Shown here: positions 1 through 11,482 of the stretch, in pieces
How positions within the stretch are numbered: position 1 is the stretch's first letter
Layout of the letters: every line of letters begins with the position of its first letter
NCBI GenBank assembly: GCA_002245135.1
Contig: NGBS01000001.1
Span: forward strand, 124,001 to 188,000
Reading direction: 5' to 3'
Length of the DNA: 64,000 bases
Source: Proteromonas lacertae
Lineage: Eukaryota
Translations under genes and position numbers: made by a program
Notes under the pieces: model-generated
Told to the model about the DNA's origin: nothing
Seen by the model: the letters and a program-made list of their open reading frames with translations, nothing else
Database searches by the model: none

Positions 1-1523
1 ATGCCCAAGACCAGAATGTGGTATAAAGTTCAGAATTGATACATGGGCATTAAACCAAAAAGTGTTAAACAAACAAGAATATGACGATAATGAAAAATCA
101 CAATGGAATTTAATGTTGACTGAAGGATTAGTAATCAGTTGTCCCAATCCAAAATGTGGTTCAGTGTTTGCAGTAGAACCATCAGAAATACATAATAAAA
201 TAACAGGAGAAAAAGATGATAATGGAAATGAGATGAGTTTAGAAGCAATTCAGAATAGAGATAGATATAGAATTAGGTGTATTAAATGTGAGTATATATA
301 ATTTATATTTATATATTATTATTGTATTTCTATTATAGTACAACGCTTTGTATAAAATGTAAAGTATCACCATATCACTTAGGAAAGACATGTGAAGAAT
401 ATTATGAATATGTACATAACCCCAAATGTAGATATTGTCATAGACAATTGCTTAATAATAATAATAATAATATAGATGTATGTGAAGATACAGAATGTCA
501 AACTAAATTGAATATAGCTTGTACAAAAATATTAGTATATTCATATATTGTTATATTGTTATATTATTATTAGAAATGTGGACATAGATGTAATAGTATA
601 AAGAGTTCAGCATGTTTGGGCTGTTTTAATACAGATTGTAAACACCAAAAAATCAATGGAGATGATTATTGTACTATATGCTTTGTAGAAGCGTTGATAG
701 ATGCACCTTGTATTCAATTGAGTTGTTCACATGTGTTTCATTATTTATGTTTAAAAGTATATTTACTATATGAAGTGTATATATATATTATGATAGAAAA
801 GAATACAATCAGGTTATACGACTAAAAGAATCACATTTACTCATATACAATGTCCAGAATGTCGAAAATATATAGATCACCCTTGTTTATCAAGTGAAAT
901 ACAAAAAGATATTTTATTATTAAAGAAAATAAAAGAAAATGCAGTGAGGTGTTTGAGAGAAGAGAATATGTTGAATGACAAAGCTTTGATTGATCCAGTA
1001 TAATATCATATTTTTATTATTATTGTACTTTTTAATAGAAAAGTAAATTTTATAAGAAACCTGAAGAATATGGTTTATCAAAATTAGCGTTTTATATGTG
1101 TAGTAAATGTAGAGAACCATATTTTGCTGGTTTAGTGGAATGTGGTGAAAATGATACAGATAAAGTGTTGTTATGTCGTATATATTATTTTTTATCATTG
1201 TTATTATCTAAATAGCTAAATGTATACCTCCCAAATATGGTATTGATTGTTGTGAAAAGCATGGAAAAGAGTTTATTAAATGGAAATGTCGATTCTGTTG
1301 TAATGTAGCCAATTGGTATTGTTGGAATTCTACACATTTTTGTGATGCTTGTCATACAAAACAAGTAGGTGGTGATTATTTAACAAAAAAGAAGAAAAGT
1401 GAATTACCACAGTGTCCTGGAGTAGATAAATGTCCTCTCCATATTCCACATCCTCCTCCTGGAGAAGAATTTTCATTAGGTTGTTTTGAATGTGAATTAG
1501 AAAGAGTAAATCTGTCACTTTAA
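1..1523 (+). CDS. E3 ubiquitin ligase, IBR-like domains + RING + tandem-cysteine (MYCBP2/Highwire-type RING-Cys-relay) C-terminus; 5'-truncated; 5 GT-AG introns
   Basis: Manual splicing gives CPNPKC..CIKC..CIKCKVSPYHLGKTC (IBR-like), DDYCTICFVEALIDAPCIQLSCSHVFHYLCL..RITFTHIQCPEC (RING), then FYMCSKCREPYFAGLVEC and KHGKEFIKWKCRFCCNVANWYCWNSTHFCDACH..CPLHIPHPPPGEEFSLGCFEC, matching the MYCBP2 C-terminus. Stop TAA at 1521-1523. Confidence 0.88.
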
Positions 1524-1641
1524 CTAATAATTAGTGTTTAAGTTATTTCATTTAATCTTTTTATCATCAAAATAAAAGCAAGAAATATATATATATATAG
1601 TAAATAAAAAACAATTTAAATAAGATTTATTCTTAATTCAC

Positions 1642-3009
1642 TTAATTTTGCCAGGGTGGACGACCATCGTTATATTCTTCTTCTTCATTACCTTCAGCTC
1701 TTTCAATTTCATTTTTTCTAATCTTCAGAATATCTCCCTTTCTTAATTCAATTTGTTTTGATTCAATTACATCTTCAGGGATATCTCTTGCTCTAAATTT
1801 ATTAACATTTCTTTTTTGTTCTTCTATTCTTTGTTGAAACTCTTGCAACGCTCTTTGATGTAATATTTCTGACTGTAAATGAAATGGTTCAAATTGTGTT
1901 AATGGTTTTTCACTCATTTTAGCAAAATTCATTTGTGAATAGGAACATACAGGACGTGCTTTGAAATTATGTTGCTTTTTTTCTTCTTCCTTCTCTTTTT
2001 CCAACTTTTCATTCAATTCTATAACTGTCTTTTCATGGATTATATCAGTCTTTAAATGGAATGGCTCTGGAGTTGTCAATGGTTTTTCTGATACTACAGG
2101 TGTCATTGGTCTATATTTTGGCATTTTTCTTGCTTTGAATTTATATTTATTTTCTTCTTCTTCTTCTTCTTTCTGTAATCGAGCTGATCTTGATCTTTTC
2201 TTAGAAACTTCTTTAGTTTTTAATTTGAATTCTTTGAATGTGGTTAATGGTTTTTTCTCAACTTTAGGAACGCCTAAATCTCCATTAGATTCAAATATTT
2301 TATGATTTAAAGGAAGCGCTTTGAACTTTGGTGTTTTCTGGAACTTTTCATATTCTATTTCTTCTGATGATTTAATATTATCATGTTTAGCTAATTTGGA
2401 TGTTTGCAGATTTGGAGTTTTTGGAACAACTATTTTCATCTTTTTATATTTTGGTGATTCATCGTTTCTTATGTTTGCTTTACCTGGGAATTTTCCATTA
2501 AATTCATCAATTAATTCAGCTGTTGTTTTATATTCATTTTTTGTTCTTTTATTTACATCTGTTACTCTTTTATCTGTTTCTAAATTAAATGGAATTGTTT
2601 TCGTTGGTTTTTTACCAACAGCATAATGTGTTAATTGTGGAGTATCATCTGATTTAGGTCTTGAATGAAATCTTTGAGGTGATCTATTAAACATTCTGTT
2701 TATAAATTCAGCTTGAGAAACAAATTTAGCTGGCCTATTTTCTTTCCCTCTTTTCATTGCTTTATCAGCTGTGTGGAAATGAGGTGTTTTTGGTTGAGTA
2801 GGATTAAGAGGTCTTTGATTTGATTCTGTTTTAAGTTGCAACACACTTTTTGACCTGGATGAATTGTCAAGATGATATGCTCTAATCATCTCAGCTTGTG
2901 ATTTGAATTGTTTTATTGAACCTAAATCAAGAGTTTCTCTCTTATTTATATGCTCATCTGTTTCTGATGATGGTAATTCTGTATCGATAACACTGCAAGA
3001 TTGTCTCAT
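1642..3009 (-). CDS. TPX2: TPX2-family spindle microtubule-binding protein (single exon)
   Basis: Repeated TPX2 motifs LTTPEPFHLKT, FKARP, KFKALPLNHKIFES, LTQFEPFHLQSE, TIPFNLETDKR. First ATG at 3009. Confidence 0.82.
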   Translation of the reverse strand: MRQSCSVIDTELPSSETDEHINKRETLDLGSIKQFKSQAEMIRAYHLDNSSRSKSVLQLKTESNQRPLNPTQPKTPHFHTADKAMKRGKENRPAKFVSQAEFINRMFNRSPQRFHSRPKSDDTPQLTHYAVGKKPTKTIPFNLETDKRVTDVNKRTKNEYKTTAELIDEFNGKFPGKANIRNDESPKYKKMKIVVPKTPNLQTSKLAKHDNIKSSEEIEYEKFQKTPKFKALPLNHKIFESNGDLGVPKVEKKPLTTFKEFKLKTKEVSKKRSRSARLQKEEEEEENKYKFKARKMPKYRPMTPVVSEKPLTTPEPFHLKTDIIHEKTVIELNEKLEKEKEEEKKQHNFKARPVCSYSQMNFAKMSEKPLTQFEPFHLQSEILHQRALQEFQQRIEEQKRNVNKFRARDIPEDVIESKQIELRKGDILKIRKNEIERAEGNEEEEYNDGRPPWQN

Positions 3010-3324
3010 TTTTATCAAAACAAAACTGGGATTTTTGAATTATCAACTGTCACTTTTTGATTTGAAGATTATTCTTTTAATAGCTAGAAATTTTTAAAAC
3101 ATTTGAATAGTATAATATATTAATAATATTAACAATAGCTTTGGTGTTAGAATAGCTGAATAATGAGAATAATTTACATTTGTGTATTGATGTGATAGTG
3201 TAAACAATTCTGATAATATATTTAAGCCCATTAGAACATATTTTTAACGATGATGATGAAGATAAGTAAAATAAACACACTGAACACAAGCTCTTCAAGC
3301 CTTTGATATTCAAAAATCATTTAA

Positions 3325-4291
3325 ATGGGTTCTTGTTGTGATAAGAACTCGAGTATAATATATATATTTCATTATTTGTATTAATTTATTTATAGCTTCT
3401 GCTGTGCAAGAACCACTTCTTGATACTAACAAAAAGTAAGAAAAATTCGTCTTAACCTCTTATAGCAATAAAATTAATGAAAATAACGTCAATATTCCAC
3501 AGACTGAACATCATGACTATGAACCAGTGCCAATAGCAAGTAACAAAGAACAGATGATTAAAGCTTTGGATGATAACGAGAAACACAGTTCTCATCATGA
3601 AGAAAAACCAGAAAGAAAGGGATCAAAATCACACTCGAGTCGTAAAAATTCTGAGAATGTAGAGAATAAAAAGCATCAAGAAGAACTAGAAAGACAAAAG
3701 AAAGAAGAAGCTGAGAAGAAACAACAAGAAGAAGAACGTAAGAGAAAAGAGGCAGAAGAAGCTGAGAAAAAACGAAAAGAAGAGGAAGAAGAACGTAAGA
3801 GAAAGGAAGAAGAGGAGAAAAAGAGAAAAGAAGAAGAAGAAGCTGAAAAGAAGAGAAAAGAAGAAGAAGAAGAGAGAAAACGAAGAGAAGCTGAAGAAGA
3901 GGAAAGAAAGAGACAAGAAGAGGCTGAAAAGCAAAGACTTGAAGAAGAAAGACAAAGACATGAACAAGAAGATGTAAGACCAGCAGAACCAACAGAAGAA
4001 ACAAAGCCAACAGAAGTAGTAGAAGAAGAAAGTAAAAAGAATATAGTTCACATTCACACTCAAGGTTATAGTAATGCACATATATGGAATGATGCTGGTA
4101 CGACTGAATGGCCAGGTGAACCATTAACAATAGGAGAAGATGGATGGTGTAATATTGAAATTAGTAAAGATATACCTTATAATGTAATATTCAACAATAA
4201 TGGAAATGGTATTCAAACTGGGCCTATTCCTGTAAATGAATATGGCGATTATTGGTATGTTAATGGAGCTTTACATACCACTAAACCATAA
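3325..4291 (+). CDS. N-acylated (MGSCC) protein with E/K/R-rich single alpha-helix stalk and C-terminal CBM26-like starch-binding module; introns 3353-3395, 3436-3465
   Basis: Spliced N-terminus MGSCCDKNSTSAVQEPLL joins ORF 3527 in frame. The C-terminus HIWNDAGTTEWPGEPLTIGEDGWCNIEISKDIPYNVIFNNNGNGIQT has the W..WPG..GW..VIFNN..QT pattern of CBM26. Confidence 0.75.
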
Positions 4292-4411
4292 TTCTTTTCT
4301 ATTTTTACTTTATGTCTTTCTTTTTAGATGTTGTTTGTTGGAGTTTAAGAAATGATATATTCATTAATAAAATATTCATAATAAAACAAAAATTAATATA
4401 ATTACATCTAA

Positions 4412-4733
4412 TTAAGAAGACTCATCAACTACACTTGATAGTCTTTTAATACTATTTTCAATATTCAACAAATTCTCTTGACACGATGATACTTCAGTCT
4501 GTAATATTGATTCTGAGGATTTGTGAGGAAAATACAAAAAACAATGACCTCTCCAAATAAAATCTCCTGATTGCTTATTAGATTGGATATATTCAAGTCC
4601 TTTTACATTTTCATCAAAATCCTTTTTCAAATATTGTAGCTATAAAGATAATTAACTATATAAAGCATACATCTCTAATATTTTTCTGTAATAATAATCT
4701 AGAATATTCTTTATCTAATGGATTATCTGACAT
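4412..4733 (-). CDS. Small prefoldin-beta-like protein (PDRG1-like); one intron
   Basis: MSDNPLDKEYSRLLLQKNIRD|LQYLKKDFDENVKGLEYIQ..FIWRGHCFLYFPHKSSESILQTEV..; helix-hairpin-helix layout typical of prefoldin subunits. Confidence 0.45.
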
Positions 4734-4820
4734 TTTTAATATTTGGGTTTATGAAAACAAAAACAATTTTTCATTAACCTATCATTAAAAAAGTGAATTG
4801 CGAAGAATTGTAAAGCTAAA

Positions 4821-6582
4821 ATGGATCGATCTTCATTAGTTAGTGTATTAATTGGTTGTGGAATGGGAACTATGATAGGATATAGTCTTGCCAAACACTC
4901 TAAGAAAAGAAATGAAGAAGATCAAGAGAAAAATGGTATAAAAACGATGAAAATAAATAAAAACAGAGGTATAGATGATGATAAAGGAAAAATTAAATTC
5001 AAAATAGAAGAATCTGGTATTTACAAAGTTGGTCATTTGAAAGAGACTGTTGGAATATCAAAAGGAGCAATGGTTCCTAATATAATGTGGAAGAAAAGTC
5101 GTACGCTTATTATCTCAAACTTATGAATTTTTAGAGATAATGAAGAAAGAAATCAAATTAAAGAATTTTCAGACTGAACATGATGTTATACTCTTTGATA
5201 TAGTACGAAAACTAAGAAAACAGGAAAATCTAATTGAATCTAGACCAAATACATTCATAGTTGATAAAGATTACCAGATAGATAATATCACTGGGTTTAT
5301 AAGAGCTGGTCCAAGAGAATTATGTTGGTTTAATCCTCGTAATAGTAATGTAGCGTTATGTACAACAGGTGGATTATGTCCAGGCTTGAACAACATTATA
5401 AGAGGAATTACTTTAGCATTGTATATATATATGATAGCAATAATATAAATTTTTATAGAATTCATACATATGGTGTTAATCGTGTATACGGTGTGAAGAA
5501 TGGGTTTAATGGTTTTAATGAAGATCCAATCGAATTAACCTCTTGTTATGTCAGACATATTCATGAAAGTGGTGGATCTGTAATAGGAACAAATCGAGGT
5601 GGATTTAATAGTGAAATAATCATTAATTGGTGTTTGAAATATAGCGTAAATATAATAATCTTAATAGGAGGTGATGGTACTCATCGAGCTGGTAATATAT
5701 TATACAATGTAATAAGTGAAAAGAAATTAAATATATGTGTAGCTTGTGTTCCTAAAACAATAGATAATGATATAGCTTTTATTGATCGATCTTTTGGTTT
5801 TGATACAGCAGTAGAAGAAGCAGCGAAAGTAGTAAAATGTGCAGTAACCGAAGCTAAATCTACTCCTCGTGGTGTTGGTATAGTTAAATTGATGGGTCGA
5901 ACAGCTGGTAGTATTGCTGCCTTCTGTTGTATGTCTACTGGATTAGTTGATCTATGTTTAATTCCTGAAGTATATATATATATTTATATATTTATCATTG
6001 TTGTTATTTCTCTTTATTATTATATAGCAACCAATTATTTGGAGTGGTGAATATGGAGGTTTAAAATGGATAGAAAGAGTATTAGAGAGAAAAGGATATG
6101 CTGTGATTGTATTAGCTGAAGGAATATATGATAAAGTATTAGAATCAGGCGAAAGAGAGAATTTAATTGAAAAAGAGTTATTAGAGTCTATAAGGATAAA
6201 GAATTCAAGATATGAAAAGAATGATGAAGGTGGGAATAAAAGAATATTTGATGCTGGTCCAATCGTTGTGGAAATAGTGAAAAATTATTTTAGAGATAAT
6301 AAAGTTCATATAAAATATATAGATCCGTCTTATATCATTCGAAGTGTACCTGCTAATTCAAGTGATAGTGTGATGTGCTTAATTTTAAGTCAAAGTGTAG
6401 CACATGGAGTTATGTCTGGCTATAGTGGATTTTCAGTTGGTGTAGTAAATAATAGAACTGTTTATATTCCAATAAGTCTGATTACTGCGAATTCTCCGAA
6501 ATTATTAAGGCCAAATGGTAGAACGTGGGAAAGAATATGTATTACAACTGGTCAACCTGATGTTCAAGATTTAAATAGATAA
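4821..6582 (+). CDS. PFK: ATP-dependent 6-phosphofructokinase (plant-like/group X); introns 5101-5134, 5421-5458, 5970-6027
   Basis: Motifs RAGPRE, TTGGLCPGLN, GGSVIGTNRGG, GGDGT, PKTIDND, MGRTAG, LAEG, YIDPSYIIRS. GGDG (rather than GGDD) indicates ATP use. Confidence 0.93.
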
Positions 6583-6859
6583 TATTACAATTTTGAAGTG
6601 ATTTTTCTTAATTTTGTGTTTAATGTCTCTTGAATAGAATAATAAATTTTATTTTCATAATATTTATGGATAAAATTGTATATTATTATAGTCAAAGAAC
6701 TACTTAGAACATAAAATACACCCATTTAGTAATCCTACAACCATATGTGAATATTTCCTCCACAAAACAACACAAAATTGAACATCCAATCAAATATATA
6801 AGTATTTTAAAAAGATAGATGAATCTAAAACATAAAACATATAGTCGTTACAAATTATT

Positions 6860-7240
6860 ATGAATGAAGAATTACATCAATTAATCCACTCTATTCTGTA
6901 TATATATCGCTTAATTATTTTTAGATGATTATATTGCTCGTAATGGTGCGATAATTAGAATGAATTAATGGCTCATTATGTTGAAATTTACAGAAAGTAG
7001 AGATTCAGAAAAAACATTGCAGTATGGAAACAATGACGTGAATTGGATTAAAGATATGGTAATTATGTGAAAAGAACTGCATTAGTTGAAGATTATTTGA
7101 TCCGGTGTCAAGAACACAATATATAACACGTTTATGATGATTTATAACAGAATTAGATATGAATATAGCAAAGAATAGAAAAACGAAATTAATAGTCTTC
7201 CAAATGAAGTAGGAGTGGTATAAATTGTATTTAATTATAT
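6860..7240 (+). pseudogene. Possible decayed coding remnant with an intact-looking intron (gtatatatatcgcttaattatttttag)
   Basis: Exon-like composition and a GT-AG intron, but stops in all frames (DDYIARNGAIIRMN*WLIMLKF..). DYIARNGAII loosely recalls Cof-type HAD hydrolases. Confidence 0.25.
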
Positions 7241-7307
7241 AGTATCCCCAAACAAACATTTTTAAAAACCATAGAAGGTTAAACAATATTAATCTCTTCT
7301 ACTGTTA

Positions 7308-7638
7308 TTATGAAAGAAATTTATCCATCATTTTCCTCATTCTTACTCTTCTCATACAAGATTCACATGTTGAAACAACTCTCCCATTTCTTTGAAATTG
7401 CTGGAGTGGTAGATTGCGGTGACATCTTGAACATCGACGTGTAGCTATGACTAAACCATTAGCATTAACATTATTAGGATTAATAGGGTTATGCTGTTGT
7501 TGTTGTTGGTGGTGGTGGTGGAGGTGAAACTGGTGATAGGTTGGATAATGAATCTTCTTCACTATCACTACCATCATTGTAGTTTAATGATGAAATGTAG
7601 CCCAAAGTATGGGCATTATTGGGTGTAGAGGTTGCCAT
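7308..7638 (-). CDS. Small intronless C4 zinc-finger protein, paralogue A; probable frameshift in the CCA/CAA microsatellite
   Basis: C-terminus RCSRCHRNLPLQQFQRNGRVVSTCESCMRR. ATG at 7638 opens MATSTPNN..SDSEEDSLSNLSPVSPPPP in a different frame that stops just after the repeat. Confidence 0.55.
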
Positions 7639-8509
7639 AGTTCAAATGACGAGAGCTAAATTTTTGAAATGGATATTTGAATATTATTGGTTAAAGGTAA
7701 AAGAGAGTGAAAATTTGAATTTAAAAATAAAACCGTTGGAGTATGTATTATGTATTAATGCAAAAACTGATAGATATTGATACATATTTAGTTTATTTTT
7801 TTATATTGAAAAGTAAATTGAGGGTGTTTGCTTATGTTTTTCTGATTTTCTGATAAATTGCGAGTAGAACTAGACACATGTTGATGAAACAACACAGTCA
7901 TGTATAGTTTATGCGTTTTAAATGATATAATAAATACGATGAGGTTCGACTCGATTTGATGACGATTCATGTTATAAATATAAAATTCATAATTTTTGTG
8001 CCTCATTACTAAAACATCTAACAAAACCCCCAATTAAAAAATCTATTATATGATAAACCTATTTATGCATTATTCTTTTGTAAGATATTCACTTCATTAT
8101 ACTGATTAAGGTTTTGATGAAAGCTTGATAGTTTGCTTGATTACATCTCAAAAACCGTAACATATTTCGAATATGAAATAACAACATGTAAGCATATAAC
8201 CTCATATGTCAATATATAGAACATATTTGAGTGAACAGAGTAATCAGATCTACAGATGTTGAATAGATGCTAATTTAACGGGTTATTATATTTATGCTAG
8301 CAACAATATAGTGTGTTCTATTAGTTTTCTATGATAGAATTATAATTTGTCCTACAATTGTATTTATCAAGTTGTCAGTGATGTAAACCCCCAAATATTA
8401 GAAGAATATAAGTGAATAATATAGCAGCATAATATATAATTCTATGTATTATGAAAGAATTAAAAGTACTGAATTTGTACAAACTACTCCTAATTAACAT
8501 GCTGCGTGG

Positions 8510-9110
8510 GTATTATACCGCAATATTGAATATAAAACGTAGTATATAACTGAAAATGAGTATTTATGAAAATGCAGCTTAATTTCTTACATAAGCAAGT
8601 GTTACTATCTATACGATTTAAAGTTTTTATTAGTTATTAGATAATAAGTATTAGATATATATCCATATATGATTATTAACAAATATAGACAGATTCTAAA
8701 CATATACATACGAAAGAAATTAGAATAATAGCTTTACAGGAATATTAAACAAAATAATGCGATATCCCCGAATATATAATAATCATTTGGAATTCTGTTT
8801 TTGTAACAGCATGTATGTAATTATTATTAAAAATGGAATGAAAATAAAATAAAATAATAAAAATTAGAAAATAAACAAAAATAACATAATGATTTATCAC
8901 ATTTTCATGTTTATTTATCATAATCTTTTCATTCTTTTTATGAAACGAATATTTTTTTGAAACTATTGGTGTGAAATGCTGATTAAAAAATGCAGTTATT
9001 TTGCATTTTTGAATTTATTTTGTTATTATTTGTTATTTTTCTATTTTTTATATAGTTGTGTATATATAAGAGTTTTTAAATATGATTACATTTTTAGAGC
9101 TTTCTATAGA
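8510..9110. repeat. Diverged non-coding repeat, copy 1 (partner ~10300-10890)
   Basis: Collinear similar blocks, e.g. tattataccgcaatatt/tattttaccgctattat, gattctaaacatatacatacgaaa/gattttaaacatatgtatgtgaaa, aaaataatgcgatatccccgaatata/aaaataatgtaatatccccgagtata. Confidence 0.7.
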
Positions 9111-9375
9111 GAGGCACACTTCATTTATGATATAAAAAAGTATAATTGTTATATAGTTCAGTAAAAAACAATTTTATATAGATTTTGGTTTGATTTTCAT
9201 CAAAACTGCATCATAATTCCTATTTTTTGATCATTACTGGATATCAACAGCATATGAATACGTATGCATGCTATTTCATGTCTCCTCTAGATTGTTAAGC
9301 TGTTTATGTTTAGATCAGTTATTTATGCTAATTAATTATAGTTCATTAAGCAGAATACTTCAATTTTTTAATAGA

Positions 9376-9470
9376 TTTGATAAAGCAGTAGAAGAAGCAG
9401 CAAAAGAAGCAAAATGTGCAAATACTAAAACTAAATCTTCTTCTTATGGTATTATAATTATAAAGTCAGT
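9376..9470 (+). pseudogene. Degenerate fragment of the PFK gene (copy of ~5799-5890)
   Basis: tttgataaagcagtagaagaagcagcaaaagaagcaaaatgtgca.. (FDKAVEEAAKEAKCANTKTKSSSYGIII) versus PFK FDTAVEEAAKVVKCAVTEAKSTPRGVGI. Confidence 0.8.
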
Positions 9471-10299
9471 TGTATTACAGTATGCTGCTGTAATTATTCA
9501 TGAATTTATGTAATTATTCATGATTCTATACAATTTTCGAATTATCTACTAAATTTACTAGAGTTTATAAGCAAATTTAGATATATTGAGTAATTTTCAT
9601 GCTATATACATATAGTCATGTATTTATTTTATACTACTATCTTCTTAATATTTTGTTGAGTAATTACACTTACACTTTAGTATTATACCACATGATATGG
9701 TTTGCATAATATCTCTATTCTACTTATCTTATCAGTTTTAAACCAGTATAAACATTTTCAAGTTTTTTGTAAACATTGTATCAATCTTAAAATATCTCTG
9801 TAGGCATAAAATTTTGGGCAAAATTTATCTCATGATATTATCTGTATTACTAAAAGTCTAGCTCCACAAAAGATTTGCTTATACAATGAGTTTCAACCAT
9901 AGGTTGTTATATGTCTGCTAATTCATCTACTTACTTAACATTATGAACATATGTACTATTTATTTCTTCTCTATATTTCAGTTTTACGTAGTGCTTTATA
10001 CTGGCTTGAATGATGGTTTGTTAATCTAAAAACATTCAGATTCTTAGATATGAAAAATCTACTTTCTTTTAATAGATAGTTAACCCAGATTTAGCTTATT
10101 TTTTGAATGTATGGCTTCATAAAAACGATAAAGATAGTATTTGTTTAACTGTAAACAAATATTGTATTATCAATGATAAAAAGTATGAATTGTATAAGAG
10201 CAACTATGAATAATACAGCTGTATTATAGATAATTTATTGGATACTGATTGATAAATCAATTTTTTATTTTTATGAACTTCATTATAATATACCATTCT

Positions 10300-10890
10300 G
10301 ATGATTATTTACCGCTATTATGTTTATTTTAAGCAATATATGCTTAATATAAGTTACTTTGAGAATTATAGCAACATTTATTATGATGGCATATGCAGTT
10401 ATCTACATTGTTTAAAAACATTATCAATAGTTAGATAATTGGCATTAAAAGTATATTCATTTACGATTATTGATAATTGCATATAGATTTTAAACATATG
10501 TATGTGAAATAATTGATTACCATATCTTAATAGTTAAGCAAGGAAAATAATGTAATATCCCCGAGTATAATATAGTCATTTATAAATCTTTTATGTAGGT
10601 ATATAATATATAACAACTATATAATTAATACAAAATATAATAGTAATAAAAAGATGAAATAATAAAAATAACATATAATATAACCACATATTTATGTACA
10701 TTTATATAAAAAGATTGATTTAATATTGTTTGAAAGTTTTAAGCTATTTTTTTGATAAAACTCTTAAGAAATGCTATTTAGGTAGATACAGTAGTGTTTA
10801 TTATACTTGCTTACCTATCAATCTCTTAATATATTTATAGATAGATAGATTTTTCAGAGGAATGCATAATTACATAGCTTTTAAATCATA
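10300..10890. repeat. Diverged non-coding repeat, copy 2 (partner ~8510-9110)
   Basis: See copy 1; offset about 1.8 kb, same orientation. Confidence 0.7.
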
Positions 10891-11176
10891 GAAAAAATAA
10901 TAATTTTATAACTATTTTTTTATATTAAAACTAGTAAATAATGGAGGTTTTTTACTAATTTATTTAGTTTATATATGTTATTATTTTATTATTTATTATT
11001 TTTATATATTTTAATATCCTTTTATATGACATAGCAAAAATTAGTAAATTTTTTTTACTACCATTTCAATAGAGCTATAAAAACAACTATCAAATATGTT
11101 AATGAAATTTAAAACCACCCACCCCCCAAAAAGTATTTAATGACTTGTAGTTAGTATACTTAAAAATGTCAGTCAT

Positions 11177-11482
11177 TTATATGGATGCTTTCATCATTAA
11201 GGAATGCTCAAACTTTATCATCGCTTTGTGTAATCGAGCCATCCTTCTACATCTATTACACGTTTTCATCAAATTACCATTCTTCTTCATCCCAAATTCA
11301 GCAGTGCTTTTTCTACAGAAACATCTGCTGCACCTAATTTTCTCGCGAGCTTGATGTTGTGGTCGATATTCTAAATCAATTATGAGATCAAAGCATGAAG
11401 GTTTTAACTCTTCATATTCGGGGTATAAGGGATCCAAGTCATAGTATATATCTTCTTCCTCTGTTGTTTGTTGAGTAGACAT
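11177..11482 (-). CDS. Small intronless C4 zinc-finger protein, paralogue B
   Basis: Acidic N-terminus, then RCSRCFCRKSTAEFGMKKNGNLMKTCNRCRR; same CSRC..F...NG...TCxxC pattern as the 7308 gene. Confidence 0.65.
   Translation of the reverse strand: MSTQQTTEEEDIYYDLDPLYPEYEELKPSCFDLIIDLEYRPQHQAREKIRCSRCFCRKSTAEFGMKKNGNLMKTCNRCRRMARLHKAMIKFEHSLMMKASI

Noticed and set aside
3558..4130. Long antisense or alternative-frame ORFs rich in F/L/S/I (also 1961-2626, 15602-15916, 27200-27601, 43179-44031)
   Set aside because: They are shadows of low-complexity E/K/R/S-rich coding sequence.
11014..11022. Other ATATCCTT matches (11014 plus; ~60810 and ~61535 minus)
   Set aside because: These are intergenic or inside open exons, with no need for splicing to keep the frame.
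7700..11150. Transposon, tRNA/snRNA gene or CRISPR array in the non-coding island
   Set aside because: No transposase/RT ORF, terminal repeats, cloverleaf or regular repeat-spacer pattern recognised by eye. An Infernal search would be needed to exclude ncRNAs.
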